Source: Candidatus Omnitrophota bacterium
GTDB taxonomy: Bacteria; Omnitrophota; Gorgyraeia; Zapsychrales; Fredricksoniimonadaceae
Reading direction: 5' to 3'
DNA: 64,000 nt
Assembly: GCA_030650275.1 (NCBI GenBank)
Contig: JAUSEK010000023.1
Span: 107,581-171,580 of the forward strand
How positions within the stretch are numbered: position 1 is the stretch's first letter; each line of letters opens with the position of its first letter. Below, piece after piece: positions 9,859-18,389 of this stretch. The notes beneath the pieces are model-generated. The model worked only from the letters and a program-made list of their open reading frames with translations. It did no database searches and had not been told where the DNA came from. Both the position numbers and the translations under genes were made by a program.

Positions 9859-10631
9859 TGATCACCCGCGTCCTCGACAATGTCCGTTCACGTTTGACCC
9901 ACATGGGCGAAGCCATTTTCTTTCTGGGCGAGATCCTGCGCGTCATCGGCCGGGGCAAGGTGCGTTTCAACGAGGTTTTAAACCAGATGTACGCCCAGGG
10001 CGTGCAGTCCATCGTCATCGTTGTTTTGACGTCTTTTGCCTCCGGCATGGTTTTGGCCCTGCAGGCGAGCATCACCCTGCAGAGGTTCGGGGCCAAGGAA
10101 TTCGTGGCCCGGCTGGTGGCATTGTCTTTGCTGCGCGAATTAAGCCCCGTGTTCACTTCGCTCATTTTTTCCGGCAAGGCGGGGGCCGGTATAACGGCGG
10201 AACTGGGCACCATGAACACCCATGAACAGATCCAGGCCACGCGCGCTTTGGGCGTCAACCCCGTTGAATTCCTGGTGGTGCCGCGGTTTGTGGCCTGCGT
10301 TTTGGTATTGCCGATCCTGGTCGTTATTTCGGAGATCGTGGGGATCTTCGGCGGTTATGTGATCGCCGTCAGCCAGGCTCATGTCCCCGGGGTCTTTTAC
10401 GTGCATGAGACCATGGAAGCGGTGGATTACGTGGATTTCTTCAGCGGGCTCATCAAGGTCTTCTTTTTTTCGGTGATCATCGGATGGATCTGCTGTTACC
10501 AGGGTTTTTATACCAAAGGCGGGGCCATGGGGGTCGGCCAGTTCACGACCAGGGCTGTCGCCTATTCCTATATCGCCGTCATCATTTCCGACGTTGTTTT
10601 GACAAAGATCATCCTGACCATCTGGGGGTAA
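9858..10631 (+). CDS. mlaE: Phospholipid/lipid ABC transporter permease MlaE
   Basis: It carries the conserved MlaE core ...ELSPVFTSLIFSGKAGAGITAELGTM... Confidence 0.85.
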   Translation: MITRVLDNVRSRLTHMGEAIFFLGEILRVIGRGKVRFNEVLNQMYAQGVQSIVIVVLTSFASGMVLALQASITLQRFGAKEFVARLVALSLLRELSPVFTSLIFSGKAGAGITAELGTMNTHEQIQATRALGVNPVEFLVVPRFVACVLVLPILVVISEIVGIFGGYVIAVSQAHVPGVFYVHETMEAVDYVDFFSGLIKVFFFSVIIGWICCYQGFYTKGGAMGVGQFTTRAVAYSYIAVIISDVVLTKIILTIWG

Positions 10632-10635
10632 ATGT

Positions 10636-10974
10636 ATGCGTTTACGTTCGCTGTGCGCTCTGTCTTTATTGAGTGCCGTTTTTGCCGCTGGCTGTGCCAA
10701 TGGGGGTAACAATGACGGGCAATTGCAGAGCTATCTGTACCCTGTCGTTGAGGCGGGGTGGATCCGTAACGGCGAACCCATTGAGTACGGGGAGGAGAGG
10801 TGGTTTTCCGTGAACGACGTCGAGATCCTGATGGATTCCGAGGTCGCTGTGATCGGGGAGTACAAGGGCACGCAGATCTTCGTGGACAAGATCGACACAA
10901 AACCGTATGACCGTCTTTATACCAAGTTCGCCAAGAACAAATTCCGTTATTATGAGCGTTCGCCTAATGATTAA
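10636..10974 (+). CDS. Lipoprotein, hypothetical (inserted between mlaE and mlaF)
   Basis: It has a signal peptide with the lipobox FAAGC and is 112 aa. Confidence 0.45.
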   Translation: MRLRSLCALSLLSAVFAAGCANGGNNDGQLQSYLYPVVEAGWIRNGEPIEYGEERWFSVNDVEILMDSEVAVIGEYKGTQIFVDKIDTKPYDRLYTKFAKNKFRYYERSPND

Positions 10975-11686
10975 AGTTGAAGGCGTTTGCAAGAGCTTTG
11001 CCGGGGAGCGGGTCCTGGAGGATATCACTTTTGATATCGCTTCCGGCGAGATCGTGGTTTTGCTGGGCTCCAGCGGTGTGGGAAAGACGGTTTTGCTCAA
11101 ACATCTGATCGGGCTCATCGCTCCCGACGCAGGGCGCGTCCTGATCGACGGCGTGGACATCACCTCATTGCCCGAGGAAGGGTTACTGCAGGTGCGCAAA
11201 TCCATGGGTTATCTGTTCCAGGAGGGCGCACTGTACGATTTCATGGATGTTTTTGACAATGTCGCTTTTCCTTTAAGGGAGCATACGGTTTTAAGCGGCC
11301 CGGCCATCACGGACAAGGTCCGTGATGTGCTTAAACTGGTGGGCCTGCAGGATGCCGGGGAGAAATTCCCGGCGCAGTTAAGCGGGGGCATGAAAAAACG
11401 GGCGGGATTGGCGCGCGCGATCATTTTGGGGGCCAAGATCCTGCTGTGCGACGAGCCAACCTCTGGCCTGGACCCCATCCGCAGCCGTGATATTTCGGAC
11501 CTGATCCATTCCGTGGCCAAAAAGATCGGTTCCACGACCGTCATCACTTCACATGACATTGATAATTCTTTGCGCATCGCCGACCGTCTTATCCTTTTGA
11601 ACGAAAGCCGGATCGTGGCCGTGGGCACGCCCCAGGCCATGCGCGCCAACCAGGAAGGGTTCGTCCGTGAATTCCTGCGGGTCTAG
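10967..11686 (+). CDS. mlaF: ABC transporter ATP-binding protein MlaF (alternative start at 10952)
   Basis: It has Walker A GSSGVGKT, the signature LSGGMKKR and Walker B LLCDEP. Confidence 0.85.
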   Translation: MIKVEGVCKSFAGERVLEDITFDIASGEIVVLLGSSGVGKTVLLKHLIGLIAPDAGRVLIDGVDITSLPEEGLLQVRKSMGYLFQEGALYDFMDVFDNVAFPLREHTVLSGPAITDKVRDVLKLVGLQDAGEKFPAQLSGGMKKRAGLARAIILGAKILLCDEPTSGLDPIRSRDISDLIHSVAKKIGSTTVITSHDIDNSLRIADRLILLNESRIVAVGTPQAMRANQEGFVREFLRV

Positions 11687-11698
11687 AGAAAGCCGTTA

Positions 11699-12301
11699 AT
11701 GGAGAACATTATGGACAAAAATAGCGTCAAGAAAATAGCGGCGGGACTGTTTTTCGCGGCGGGCCTGGTCCTTGTTGCCATCAGCGTTTTTTTTATCGGC
11801 ATTGACCGTGGCCTGGCCCAGCCGAAATTCAAGGTCATTGTGCTTTTTAACCAGGTGGGCGGCCTGGTGGACGGCGCGCCCATCCGCATCTCCGGGGTCA
11901 ACGTGGGCATCGTCGGGTCCACGGATTTCCTTGATAACCCCATTGAAGGCCGCAGTTTAAAGGTCGTCATGGACATCTTTAAGAAATACGAATCGCAGTT
12001 CCGCAAATGTTCCCGGGTGAGCATCAAGACCGAAGGGGTGCTGGGACAGAAGCTCATTGAGATCAGCGAAGACCGCACCCGCATTGTCTTTGACATGACC
12101 AAGCCTATCATCGGGGAAGATCCCCTGGACGTTGAGGACATGGCCGGGGTCATCACCCACACCGCGGTTTCCCTGCAAAAGACGAGCGAGGACGTCAACC
12201 AGGTCATGAACGAATGGAAATACATTTCCCGCAAGGCCAAGCGGATGATGAACCGTTTTGAGCAGAAATTTATTGAGGGAGACCTGTTCAAAATATTTTA
12301 G
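11699..12301 (+). CDS. mlaD: MCE-domain substrate-binding protein MlaD
   Basis: An N-terminal TM anchor is followed by an MCE domain (VIVLFNQVGGL..GAPIRISGVNVG). Confidence 0.8.
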   Translation: MENIMDKNSVKKIAAGLFFAAGLVLVAISVFFIGIDRGLAQPKFKVIVLFNQVGGLVDGAPIRISGVNVGIVGSTDFLDNPIEGRSLKVVMDIFKKYESQFRKCSRVSIKTEGVLGQKLIEISEDRTRIVFDMTKPIIGEDPLDVEDMAGVITHTAVSLQKTSEDVNQVMNEWKYISRKAKRMMNRFEQKFIEGDLFKIF

Positions 12302-12313
12302 GGAGGGAAAGGC

Positions 12314-12607
12314 ATGTTCGTCCTGGCAAATTTCATGCACGCGCTGGCGGTTCTTGTGAACATCGTCCTGACGGTGTTTTATTGGCTCATCCTTTTTCGG
12401 GCGATCATCAGCTGGGTCAACCCGGACCCGTTCAATCCTATCGTGCAATTCGTGCATCGGGTGACGGAACCGGTCCTTGAGCCCCTGCGCCGGCTTTTGC
12501 CGCCCATGCCCATTGATATTTCCCCGATCCTGGCGTTTTTGGGCGTCATTTTCCTGCGTTCATTTTTGGTCAGGACCCTGCAGGACCTGGCCATGCGTTT
12601 ACAGTAA
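12314..12607 (+). CDS. YggT-family membrane protein
   Basis: 97 aa with the typical YggT motif ...ISWVNPDPFNP... Confidence 0.7.
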   Translation: MFVLANFMHALAVLVNIVLTVFYWLILFRAIISWVNPDPFNPIVQFVHRVTEPVLEPLRRLLPPMPIDISPILAFLGVIFLRSFLVRTLQDLAMRLQ

Positions 12608-12664
12608 TTCTTGCAAAATGAAGGGCTTTCATGTATATAGAGAAGGCATTTTTAAGGAGACGAC

Positions 12665-12961
12665 ATGTTCGATAAGATCAAGCAGATGATGACGTTAAGG
12701 AAACAGGCCGATAAGCTCAAGAAAGAACTGGAACTCGTCATCATCGAGATCAGCGATGTGCGGGGCATCAAGGTCGTTGTCAACGGCGCCCAGATCTTCC
12801 AGTCGGTGGACATTGACGCGGGGCTTTTGAACGCCGGCAATAAGAACCGCCTCCAGATGGACCTTTTACGCAGTATCAACACCGCGGTCAAAAAGTCCCA
12901 GCAGGCGGCCGCCAACAAGATGCGCAATACGCCCGGTTTGAACATACCGGGGTTAACTTAA
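12665..12961 (+). CDS. ybaB: Nucleoid-associated protein YbaB/EbfC
   Basis: 98 aa. The sequence MF.K...MMTLRKQADKLKKELE...VKVVVNGAQ matches the YbaB family. Confidence 0.7.
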   Translation: MFDKIKQMMTLRKQADKLKKELELVIIEISDVRGIKVVVNGAQIFQSVDIDAGLLNAGNKNRLQMDLLRSINTAVKKSQQAAANKMRNTPGLNIPGLT

Positions 12962-12976
12962 AAATCAGGAGGACTC

Positions 12977-13207
12977 ATGCCTTACGATGCCAGTTTAGAC
13001 GCCGCCACATTCAAAGAAGTGATCGATTTTGAGAACACCCGCGTTACGGTCGGGGTTTTTTCCTATAACGGCGCGCCCAAGAAATTGCAGATCACCCGCG
13101 AAAATTTTCTTAACGAAAAATGGAGTTTCACCAAACTCGGCCGTTTGAACAAGGAAGAGGCGCAGGCGGTTCTGCCGATCATGGCCAAAGCCATCGAAGC
13201 GCTCTAG
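12977..13207 (+). CDS. Hypothetical 76-aa protein, possibly a bacterial PC4/YdbC-like ssDNA-binding fold
   Basis: The weak similarity rests on the spacing of the ...KKLQITRE...SFTKLGRLNKEEAQAV... stretch. This is a guess from memory. Confidence 0.3.
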   Translation: MPYDASLDAATFKEVIDFENTRVTVGVFSYNGAPKKLQITRENFLNEKWSFTKLGRLNKEEAQAVLPIMAKAIEAL

Positions 13208-13215
13208 GGAGTTTT

Positions 13216-13695
13216 ATGGCCAACGAAGTTTACTTGACCCGCGAGGGTTTTCATAAACTGCAAAAACAGCTGGAGACCCTCAAGTCCACCGAACGCCGCA
13301 AGATCGCCAAAGCGATCGGCGAGGCGCGCGCGCAGGGCGACATTTCCGAGAACGCCGAATACGACGCGGCCAAGGAAGCGCAGGCCCACAATGAGACCCG
13401 TGTTGCCGATTTGGAGGCAAAACTGGTCAACGTGCGCATCATCGAGAATGAGAAGATCCCTTCCGACAAGGTGTTCATCGGCGCCATCGTGGCGCTGGAG
13501 GATCTGGACAGCGGTGAAAAAATGACCTACATGCTGGTGTCCCCGGAAGAGGCGAGTTACGAGGAAAAAAAGATCTCGGTGTTTTCCCCCATCGGCAAAG
13601 GGCTTTTGGGCCATAAAGCCAAAGAGACCGTGGAGTTAAAAGTCCCGGCCGGGACACTCAAGTATAAAATTTTAAGCATCAAACGTCCTTCTTAA
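13216..13695 (+). CDS. greA: Transcription elongation factor GreA
   Basis: An N-terminal coiled coil with ..GDISENAEYDAAKE.. is followed by a C-terminal FKBP-like domain. It is 159 aa. Confidence 0.9.
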   Translation: MANEVYLTREGFHKLQKQLETLKSTERRKIAKAIGEARAQGDISENAEYDAAKEAQAHNETRVADLEAKLVNVRIIENEKIPSDKVFIGAIVALEDLDSGEKMTYMLVSPEEASYEEKKISVFSPIGKGLLGHKAKETVELKVPAGTLKYKILSIKRPS

Positions 13696-13865
13696 GCGCA
13701 GGTTCCGCCCACAACATTATCAACGGGTAATACAGTAAGATAAATTTGTCATTTTATCGTATATGGTGTATCATAAAAATGATTTTGTTGCCTCCGCATT
13801 CCCCATGCGGTTAACATAAATTCCCCTAATCAGAAGTTGTTGCTTACGCAAAATAAACCATCATC

Positions 13866-13892
13866 TTTGAGGTTTCAAATTGAAACCTCAAG
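13866..13892. repeat. Perfect 13-bp-arm palindrome CTTGAGGTTTCAA-A-TTGAAACCTCAAG
   Basis: Read directly from the sequence. It lies in a 540-bp ORF-free AT-rich spacer. Confidence 0.8.
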
Positions 13893-13907
13893 TTACCGTG
13901 GATTGTC

Positions 13908-13927
13908 ATTCCCGCGCAGGCGGGAAT
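13908..13927. repeat. Inverted repeat ATTCCC-GCGCAGGC-GGGAAT (dRS3-like architecture)
   Basis: Read directly from the sequence. Confidence 0.7.
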
Positions 13928-13952
13928 CCAAAACATTGACCAAAGGAATACT

Positions 13953-14024
13953 ATGCTCAAAACATTGTCCATCGCCGAATGGCCCATCGACGACCGTCTG
14001 CGGGAAGTAGGTAATTTTACGTAA
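13953..14024 (+). pseudogene. radC (UPF0758) N-terminal remnant
   Basis: The 23-codon ORF MLKTLSIAEWPIDDRLREVGNFT* matches the conserved RadC N-terminal motif (..W/LPxDERPRE(K/R)L..) and then terminates. There is no downstream JAB domain. Confidence 0.35.
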
Positions 14025-14233
14025 CAAGGGGGTAAAATGTTGAATTATTACCTACTTAATGGCTTTAAAAATATGTTTGACCCGGTGATTTGACTTATCA
14101 CGGCCGTAATGATAGAGTGGTCATCACATAGTTCTTCCGGTTCCCCGCCGGAAGTGCGGTTCATACAAACTCCCCTGTTGCAAGCGGTCGTGCCTGTTTT
14201 TTTAAGAATTCTTAATTTTCAAGGGGGCGTGCC

Positions 14234-14779
14234 ATGTCTCAAGAACAAAAGAAGGGGATCCTTGTGCCAGTCGAGATCATCCATAGTAAGATCTATTTAA
14301 TTCGAGGACATAAGGTCATGTTTGATAAGGATTTGGCGGAATTGTATAATGTTGAAACAGGACATCTCAATAGGGCGGTCAGCCGGAATATCGACCGTTT
14401 CCCGGAAGATTTTATGTTCCAACTAACAAAGGAAGAGATGGATTCTTTAAGATGCCAATTTGGCATCTTAAAGAGAGGGCAGCACATTAAGTATTTACCC
14501 TTCGTTTTTACTGAGCAGGGGATCGCTATGCTCTCAAGCGTGCTTAAATCCAAAAGAGCTGTCCAGGTGAACATACAAATTATACGGGTTTTTGTGAGAC
14601 TTAAAGAGCTGATACTTTCCCACAAGGACCTGGCCCGCAAGATTGAGGACCTGGAGCGGAAATTCGGCGACCATGATGCCAAAATCATCCACCTGTTCAA
14701 TGAGATTCGCCGGTTGATGGCCACTTCTGAGCCGCTGGATAATTACAAAAGGACAAAGGTAGGTTTTGTGGTGAATTAA
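14234..14779 (+). CDS. ORF6N-domain DNA-binding protein
   Basis: It matches the conserved ORF6N signature IRGHKVMFDKDLAELYNVETGHLNRAVSRNIDRFPEDFMFQLTKEE...LPFVFTEQGIAMLSSVLKS..AVQVNIQIIRVF. Its GC is lower than that of its neighbours. Confidence 0.7.
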   Translation: MSQEQKKGILVPVEIIHSKIYLIRGHKVMFDKDLAELYNVETGHLNRAVSRNIDRFPEDFMFQLTKEEMDSLRCQFGILKRGQHIKYLPFVFTEQGIAMLSSVLKSKRAVQVNIQIIRVFVRLKELILSHKDLARKIEDLERKFGDHDAKIIHLFNEIRRLMATSEPLDNYKRTKVGFVVN

Positions 14780-14788
14780 GAAACGCTT

Positions 14789-14816
14789 TTGCAAGTGGGC
14801 GGGTTTTCTGTATAAT
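14789..14816 (+). promoter_or_regulatory. Promoter TTGCAA-16-TATAAT ending 6 nt before the ATG at 14823 (leaderless transcript predicted)
   Basis: The hexamers sit at 14789-14794 and 14811-16. The start codon A falls at the expected +1 position. Confidence 0.45.
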
Positions 14817-14822
14817 GCACCC

Positions 14823-15836
14823 ATGATTTCTCTCGGCGTCATCGGTTGCGGTCATTGGGGACCCAACCATGTCCGTGTTTTTTCCCAGTTGACGGCCTCG
14901 CGTGTCGTCCGGTGCGCAGACCCCGACGAAAAACGCCTGGCATTCGTCCGCGCGCTTTTTCCCGCTGTTGAAACCACGACGGACTATACGCGGATCCTCA
15001 AAGATCCCGGCGTTGACGCGGTGGTCATTGCCGCGCCCACTGATCTGCATTTTAAATTGACCAGGGAGGCGCTGGAGGCGGGCAAGCATGTCCTTTGCGA
15101 AAAACCCCTGTCGCTTGACCCAGATGAGTGTCTTAAGCTGGGCGATCTGGCCCGCAAGCAGGGCAAGGTCCTGATGGCCGGGCATGTTTTTGTTTTCAAC
15201 CGGGGCATTGTCAAGATGCGCGAGTACATCCAGGGCGGAGAATTAGGGGCATTGCATTACGCCCATAGCGAGCGCACCAATCTGGGCCCGTTCCGTTACG
15301 ACGTCAATGCCTTGTGGGACCTGGCCCCGCACGACATTTCCATTTTCAATTACCTGTTTGACAGTTGTCCGGTGAGCGTTTCGGCCCGCGGGCATAAATG
15401 CCTGGGCAAGGTCCTGGAAGACCTGGCCTTTGCCACCCTTGATTATCCCAATGATGTCATGGTCAATATCCATGTCAGCTGGCTTGACCCCAGGAAGGTG
15501 CGCCAGATCACCATCGTCGGCGCCCAGAAAATGGTGTCCTGGGACGACCTGGACAACGACGGGTCCATCAAACTTTACGACAAGCACGTTGAGAAAACAT
15601 CCGTTTATTACGAGACCTATGGCGAGTTCCAGCTGTTGTCCCGTGAGGGGAACGTCACCATCCCCAAGATCGGTTTCCACGAGCCGCTCAAGGACCAGGC
15701 GCAGTATTTTATCGACTGTGTTGTCAAAAACGTCCCGCCGGTTTTGGCGGATGCCCAAAGGGCTTATGATGTTGTGCGCACCCTGTGCGCCATCCAGGAG
15801 TCCATGGACCGCAAAGGCGAATTGGTCAAACTATGA
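14823..15836 (+). CDS. Gfo/Idh/MocA-family NAD(P)-dependent sugar oxidoreductase (WbpB-like)
   Basis: It has the N-terminal Rossmann fold GVIGCGHWG, the family's C-terminal domain, and a sugar-modification context. Confidence 0.8.
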   Translation: MISLGVIGCGHWGPNHVRVFSQLTASRVVRCADPDEKRLAFVRALFPAVETTTDYTRILKDPGVDAVVIAAPTDLHFKLTREALEAGKHVLCEKPLSLDPDECLKLGDLARKQGKVLMAGHVFVFNRGIVKMREYIQGGELGALHYAHSERTNLGPFRYDVNALWDLAPHDISIFNYLFDSCPVSVSARGHKCLGKVLEDLAFATLDYPNDVMVNIHVSWLDPRKVRQITIVGAQKMVSWDDLDNDGSIKLYDKHVEKTSVYYETYGEFQLLSREGNVTIPKIGFHEPLKDQAQYFIDCVVKNVPPVLADAQRAYDVVRTLCAIQESMDRKGELVKL

Positions 15837-16390
15837 ATTATTTTAAGCACGAAAAAGCATTGGTCCATCCCAAGGCCGTGGTCGGTGAAGGCACACGCGT
15901 TTGGGCCTTTGCCAATATTCTGGAAGGGGCTGTGGTCGGCAGGCAATGCAACATTTGCGACGGTTGTTTTGTTGAAGGAGGCGCCGTCCTCGGCGACCAC
16001 GTGACGCTTAAAAACGGTGTGGCGGTCTTTAACGGGATCACGCTCGGCAACGACGTGTTCGTCGGTGCCCATATGGTGTTCATCAATGACCGTTATCCGC
16101 GTTCCAACCGTGCCGATGCCTGGACGCTGGAAAAGACCCTGGTCAAGAAAGGGGCCGCCCTTGGCGCCAATGCCACCATCATGTGCGGCATCACCATCGG
16201 GGAATACGCGGTGGTGGGCGCGGGGAGTGTTGTGACCAAGGATGTGCCGGCGCACAGCATCGTTGTGGGCAATCCCGCCAAAGCCGCGGGCCACGCCTGC
16301 TGCTGCGGCCGTAAACTTTCTTCTGATCTGCGTTGTTCGTGCGGCCTGAAATATGAAACATCGCATTCTGGTCTGTCCTGTTGCTTATAA
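15833..16390 (+). CDS. Hexapeptide-repeat sugar N-acetyltransferase (WbpD/PglD-like) with a Cys-rich C-terminal tail
   Basis: It has left-handed β-helix hexapeptide repeats. Its start overlaps the upstream stop as ATGA. The C-terminus is ...HACCCGRKLSSDLRCSCGLKYETSHSGLSCCL. Confidence 0.75.
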   Translation: MNYFKHEKALVHPKAVVGEGTRVWAFANILEGAVVGRQCNICDGCFVEGGAVLGDHVTLKNGVAVFNGITLGNDVFVGAHMVFINDRYPRSNRADAWTLEKTLVKKGAALGANATIMCGITIGEYAVVGAGSVVTKDVPAHSIVVGNPAKAAGHACCCGRKLSSDLRCSCGLKYETSHSGLSCCL

Positions 16391-17090
16391 TGAGCGGGTG
16401 AAAATAAAGAACGTCATTGATCGTTTTTTGAAAAGCCGCGCTTTTGGCAAGACGGATTATTGCATCGTGGACGATGGTTCCGATGACGGCACCAGCGAAG
16501 TCATCGCCGGTTTTGCCCCGCAAGGGGTCAGGACGGTCAAACACCCCGGACGCAGCGGGGTGGGGGCGGCCATCCGCACGGCCATCCGTTACGCGCAAAA
16601 TAATCACTACGACGTCCTGGTTATCATGGCCGGCAATGACAAGGACGATCCCGAGGAGATCCCGCTGGTGGCGGGCCCCGTCGTGGAGCAGGGTTTTGAC
16701 GTGGTGCAGGGCTCAAGGTATCTGGGCAAGGCCGGTTCCAGCGGCGACATGCCGTTCTATCGCAAGGTCGCCACGCGTTTGCATCCGTTCATTTTTTCTA
16801 TATTCACCGGACGAAAATTGACGGACACCACCAATGGTTTTCGTGCCATGCGGGTGGCGATCTTTGACGACAAACGGATCAACCTGGACCAGGAATGGCT
16901 CAATAGCTATGAACTGGAACCGTATGTGCTCTATAAAGCCATCACGTTAGGGTACAAATTCAAGGAAGTGCCCGTCACCAAAATTTATCCGCCCAAAAAT
17001 TCAGGCGGCTATACCAAGATGAAGCCCTTTGTCAGTTGGTGGGGCATTTTAAGGCCGCTGTTCTATCTGCGTTTGGGAGTTAAAACATGA
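16353..17090 (+). CDS. Family 2 glycosyltransferase (DPM1/polyprenyl-phosphate sugar transferase-like)
   Basis: It carries the GT-A motifs VDDGSDDGT and DxD, and the QGSRY motif. Confidence 0.8.
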   Translation: MKHRILVCPVAYNERVKIKNVIDRFLKSRAFGKTDYCIVDDGSDDGTSEVIAGFAPQGVRTVKHPGRSGVGAAIRTAIRYAQNNHYDVLVIMAGNDKDDPEEIPLVAGPVVEQGFDVVQGSRYLGKAGSSGDMPFYRKVATRLHPFIFSIFTGRKLTDTTNGFRAMRVAIFDDKRINLDQEWLNSYELEPYVLYKAITLGYKFKEVPVTKIYPPKNSGGYTKMKPFVSWWGILRPLFYLRLGVKT

Positions 17091-17836
17091 GACTTTTCGG
17101 AAAAAACCCCGTCATTGAACGGCTGAAGGCCGATCCCAAGAGCATCCGCCGCGTCCTTCTTGAACTGGGACATCCGGACACCGCGTATGTGCACAAGAAA
17201 TGCCATCAGTGGGGCATTCCGGTCGCGTCGGTACCGCGCAGCAAGATCCAAAAACTGGCGCAGAGTTTGAATACCCAGGGGGTACTCGCCGAAATAGATG
17301 AATTCCCGTATCAGCCCTTTGAAGACATGCTGGATACGGCGTGGGACAAGAAACAGACCCTCGTTTTTTTGGACAATCTGACCGACCCGCAGAATCTGGG
17401 CGGCATCCTGCGCACCTGCGGTTCTCTGGGCGATTTCGCCGTTGTCCTGCCGACGGCGGAGTCCGTCAGCGTGACGGAGACGGTATTGCGGGTGGCCTGC
17501 GGCGGCGAGAATTATTTGTCGGTCGCGCGCGTTTCCAATCTGGCCAATGCCATTGAAAAGGCGAAGAAAAAAGGTTTTTGGATCATCGGTACTGTGGCCA
17601 AAGATGCCAAGAATATCACGGATGTTCAGATGAATTTCCCGGCGGGCCTTGTCCTTGGCTCCGAAGACAAAGGGGTGAGGGACGTCATCCGCAAGAAACT
17701 GGACCTGGAAGTGATGGTCCCCATGAAAAATGAACGCATGTCGCTCAACGTGGCCCACGCGGCCGCCATTTTGTCCTATGAGATCATCCGCCAAAAAAAG
17801 AAACAAAAAGACCGACCCGCACACGGCAACCCTTAA
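17087..17836 (+). CDS. rlmB: 23S rRNA (guanosine-2'-O)-methyltransferase RlmB (SpoU/TrmH family)
   Basis: An N-terminal substrate-binding domain is joined to a SPOUT domain (NLGGILRTCG.., ...MKNERMSLNVAHAAAI). Confidence 0.8.
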   Translation: MRLFGKNPVIERLKADPKSIRRVLLELGHPDTAYVHKKCHQWGIPVASVPRSKIQKLAQSLNTQGVLAEIDEFPYQPFEDMLDTAWDKKQTLVFLDNLTDPQNLGGILRTCGSLGDFAVVLPTAESVSVTETVLRVACGGENYLSVARVSNLANAIEKAKKKGFWIIGTVAKDAKNITDVQMNFPAGLVLGSEDKGVRDVIRKKLDLEVMVPMKNERMSLNVAHAAAILSYEIIRQKKKQKDRPAHGNP

Positions 17837-18389
17837 TTTCTTTGGGGAAGCGGGACTGCTCAAGCGCGTCCACCGCAGCGGCTGGTGGGTGGCAGGCATT
17901 GAGAATCCGGAAACCGTGGCCGAACATTCCTTCCGCTGCGCGGTCATCGCGTATTATATCGCCCATTGCGAGAATGCGGACCCTTTCAAGGCGGTGACCA
18001 TGGCGCTTTTTAATGACATCCACGAGGCGCGCATCAATGACCTGCACAAGATGGGGCATTATTACATTAATTTCCGCGACGCCGAGAAAAAGGCCTTTGC
18101 CGACCAGATCGCGGTCCTGGACCACAGGGTCAGGAAAGCGCTGGCTTCCCTAAGGCTGGCGTATGACGCCCAATCCTGCCGTGAAAGCCTGATCGCGCGC
18201 GACGCCGACATCCTCGAATGCCTTTTGCAGGCCAAGGAGTACGTGGATAACGGCTACCCGGCCGCCCGCACGTTCTTTAAAAGCGCCCCCGGCCATCTCA
18301 AAACAAAGACCGCCCGCGCGCTGTGGAAAAAAGCCCTGCGCTGGGACAGCCACGCGTGGTGGCAGGAAGTTGTCAAGTTCGAACGATGA
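17778..18389 (+). CDS. HD-domain phosphohydrolase (YfbR-like 5'-deoxynucleotidase family); start uncertain
   Basis: The stretch ...VAEHSFRCAVIAYYIA...ALFNDIHEARINDL matches the HD motif and YfbR alignment. The nearest in-frame ATG overlaps the rlmB end. Confidence 0.6.
   Translation: MRSSAKKRNKKTDPHTATLNFFGEAGLLKRVHRSGWWVAGIENPETVAEHSFRCAVIAYYIAHCENADPFKAVTMALFNDIHEARINDLHKMGHYYINFRDAEKKAFADQIAVLDHRVRKALASLRLAYDAQSCRESLIARDADILECLLQAKEYVDNGYPAARTFFKSAPGHLKTKTARALWKKALRWDSHAWWQEVVKFER

Noticed and set aside
13908-13927. Possibility that the dRS3-like repeat indicates Neisseria contamination
   Set aside because: All flanking genes, the GC content and the gene order are unlike Neisseria. It is a single short palindrome, consistent with chance.
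17063-17947. 294-aa minus-strand ORF
   Set aside because: It is antisense to rlmB, whose SPOUT motifs are clear.
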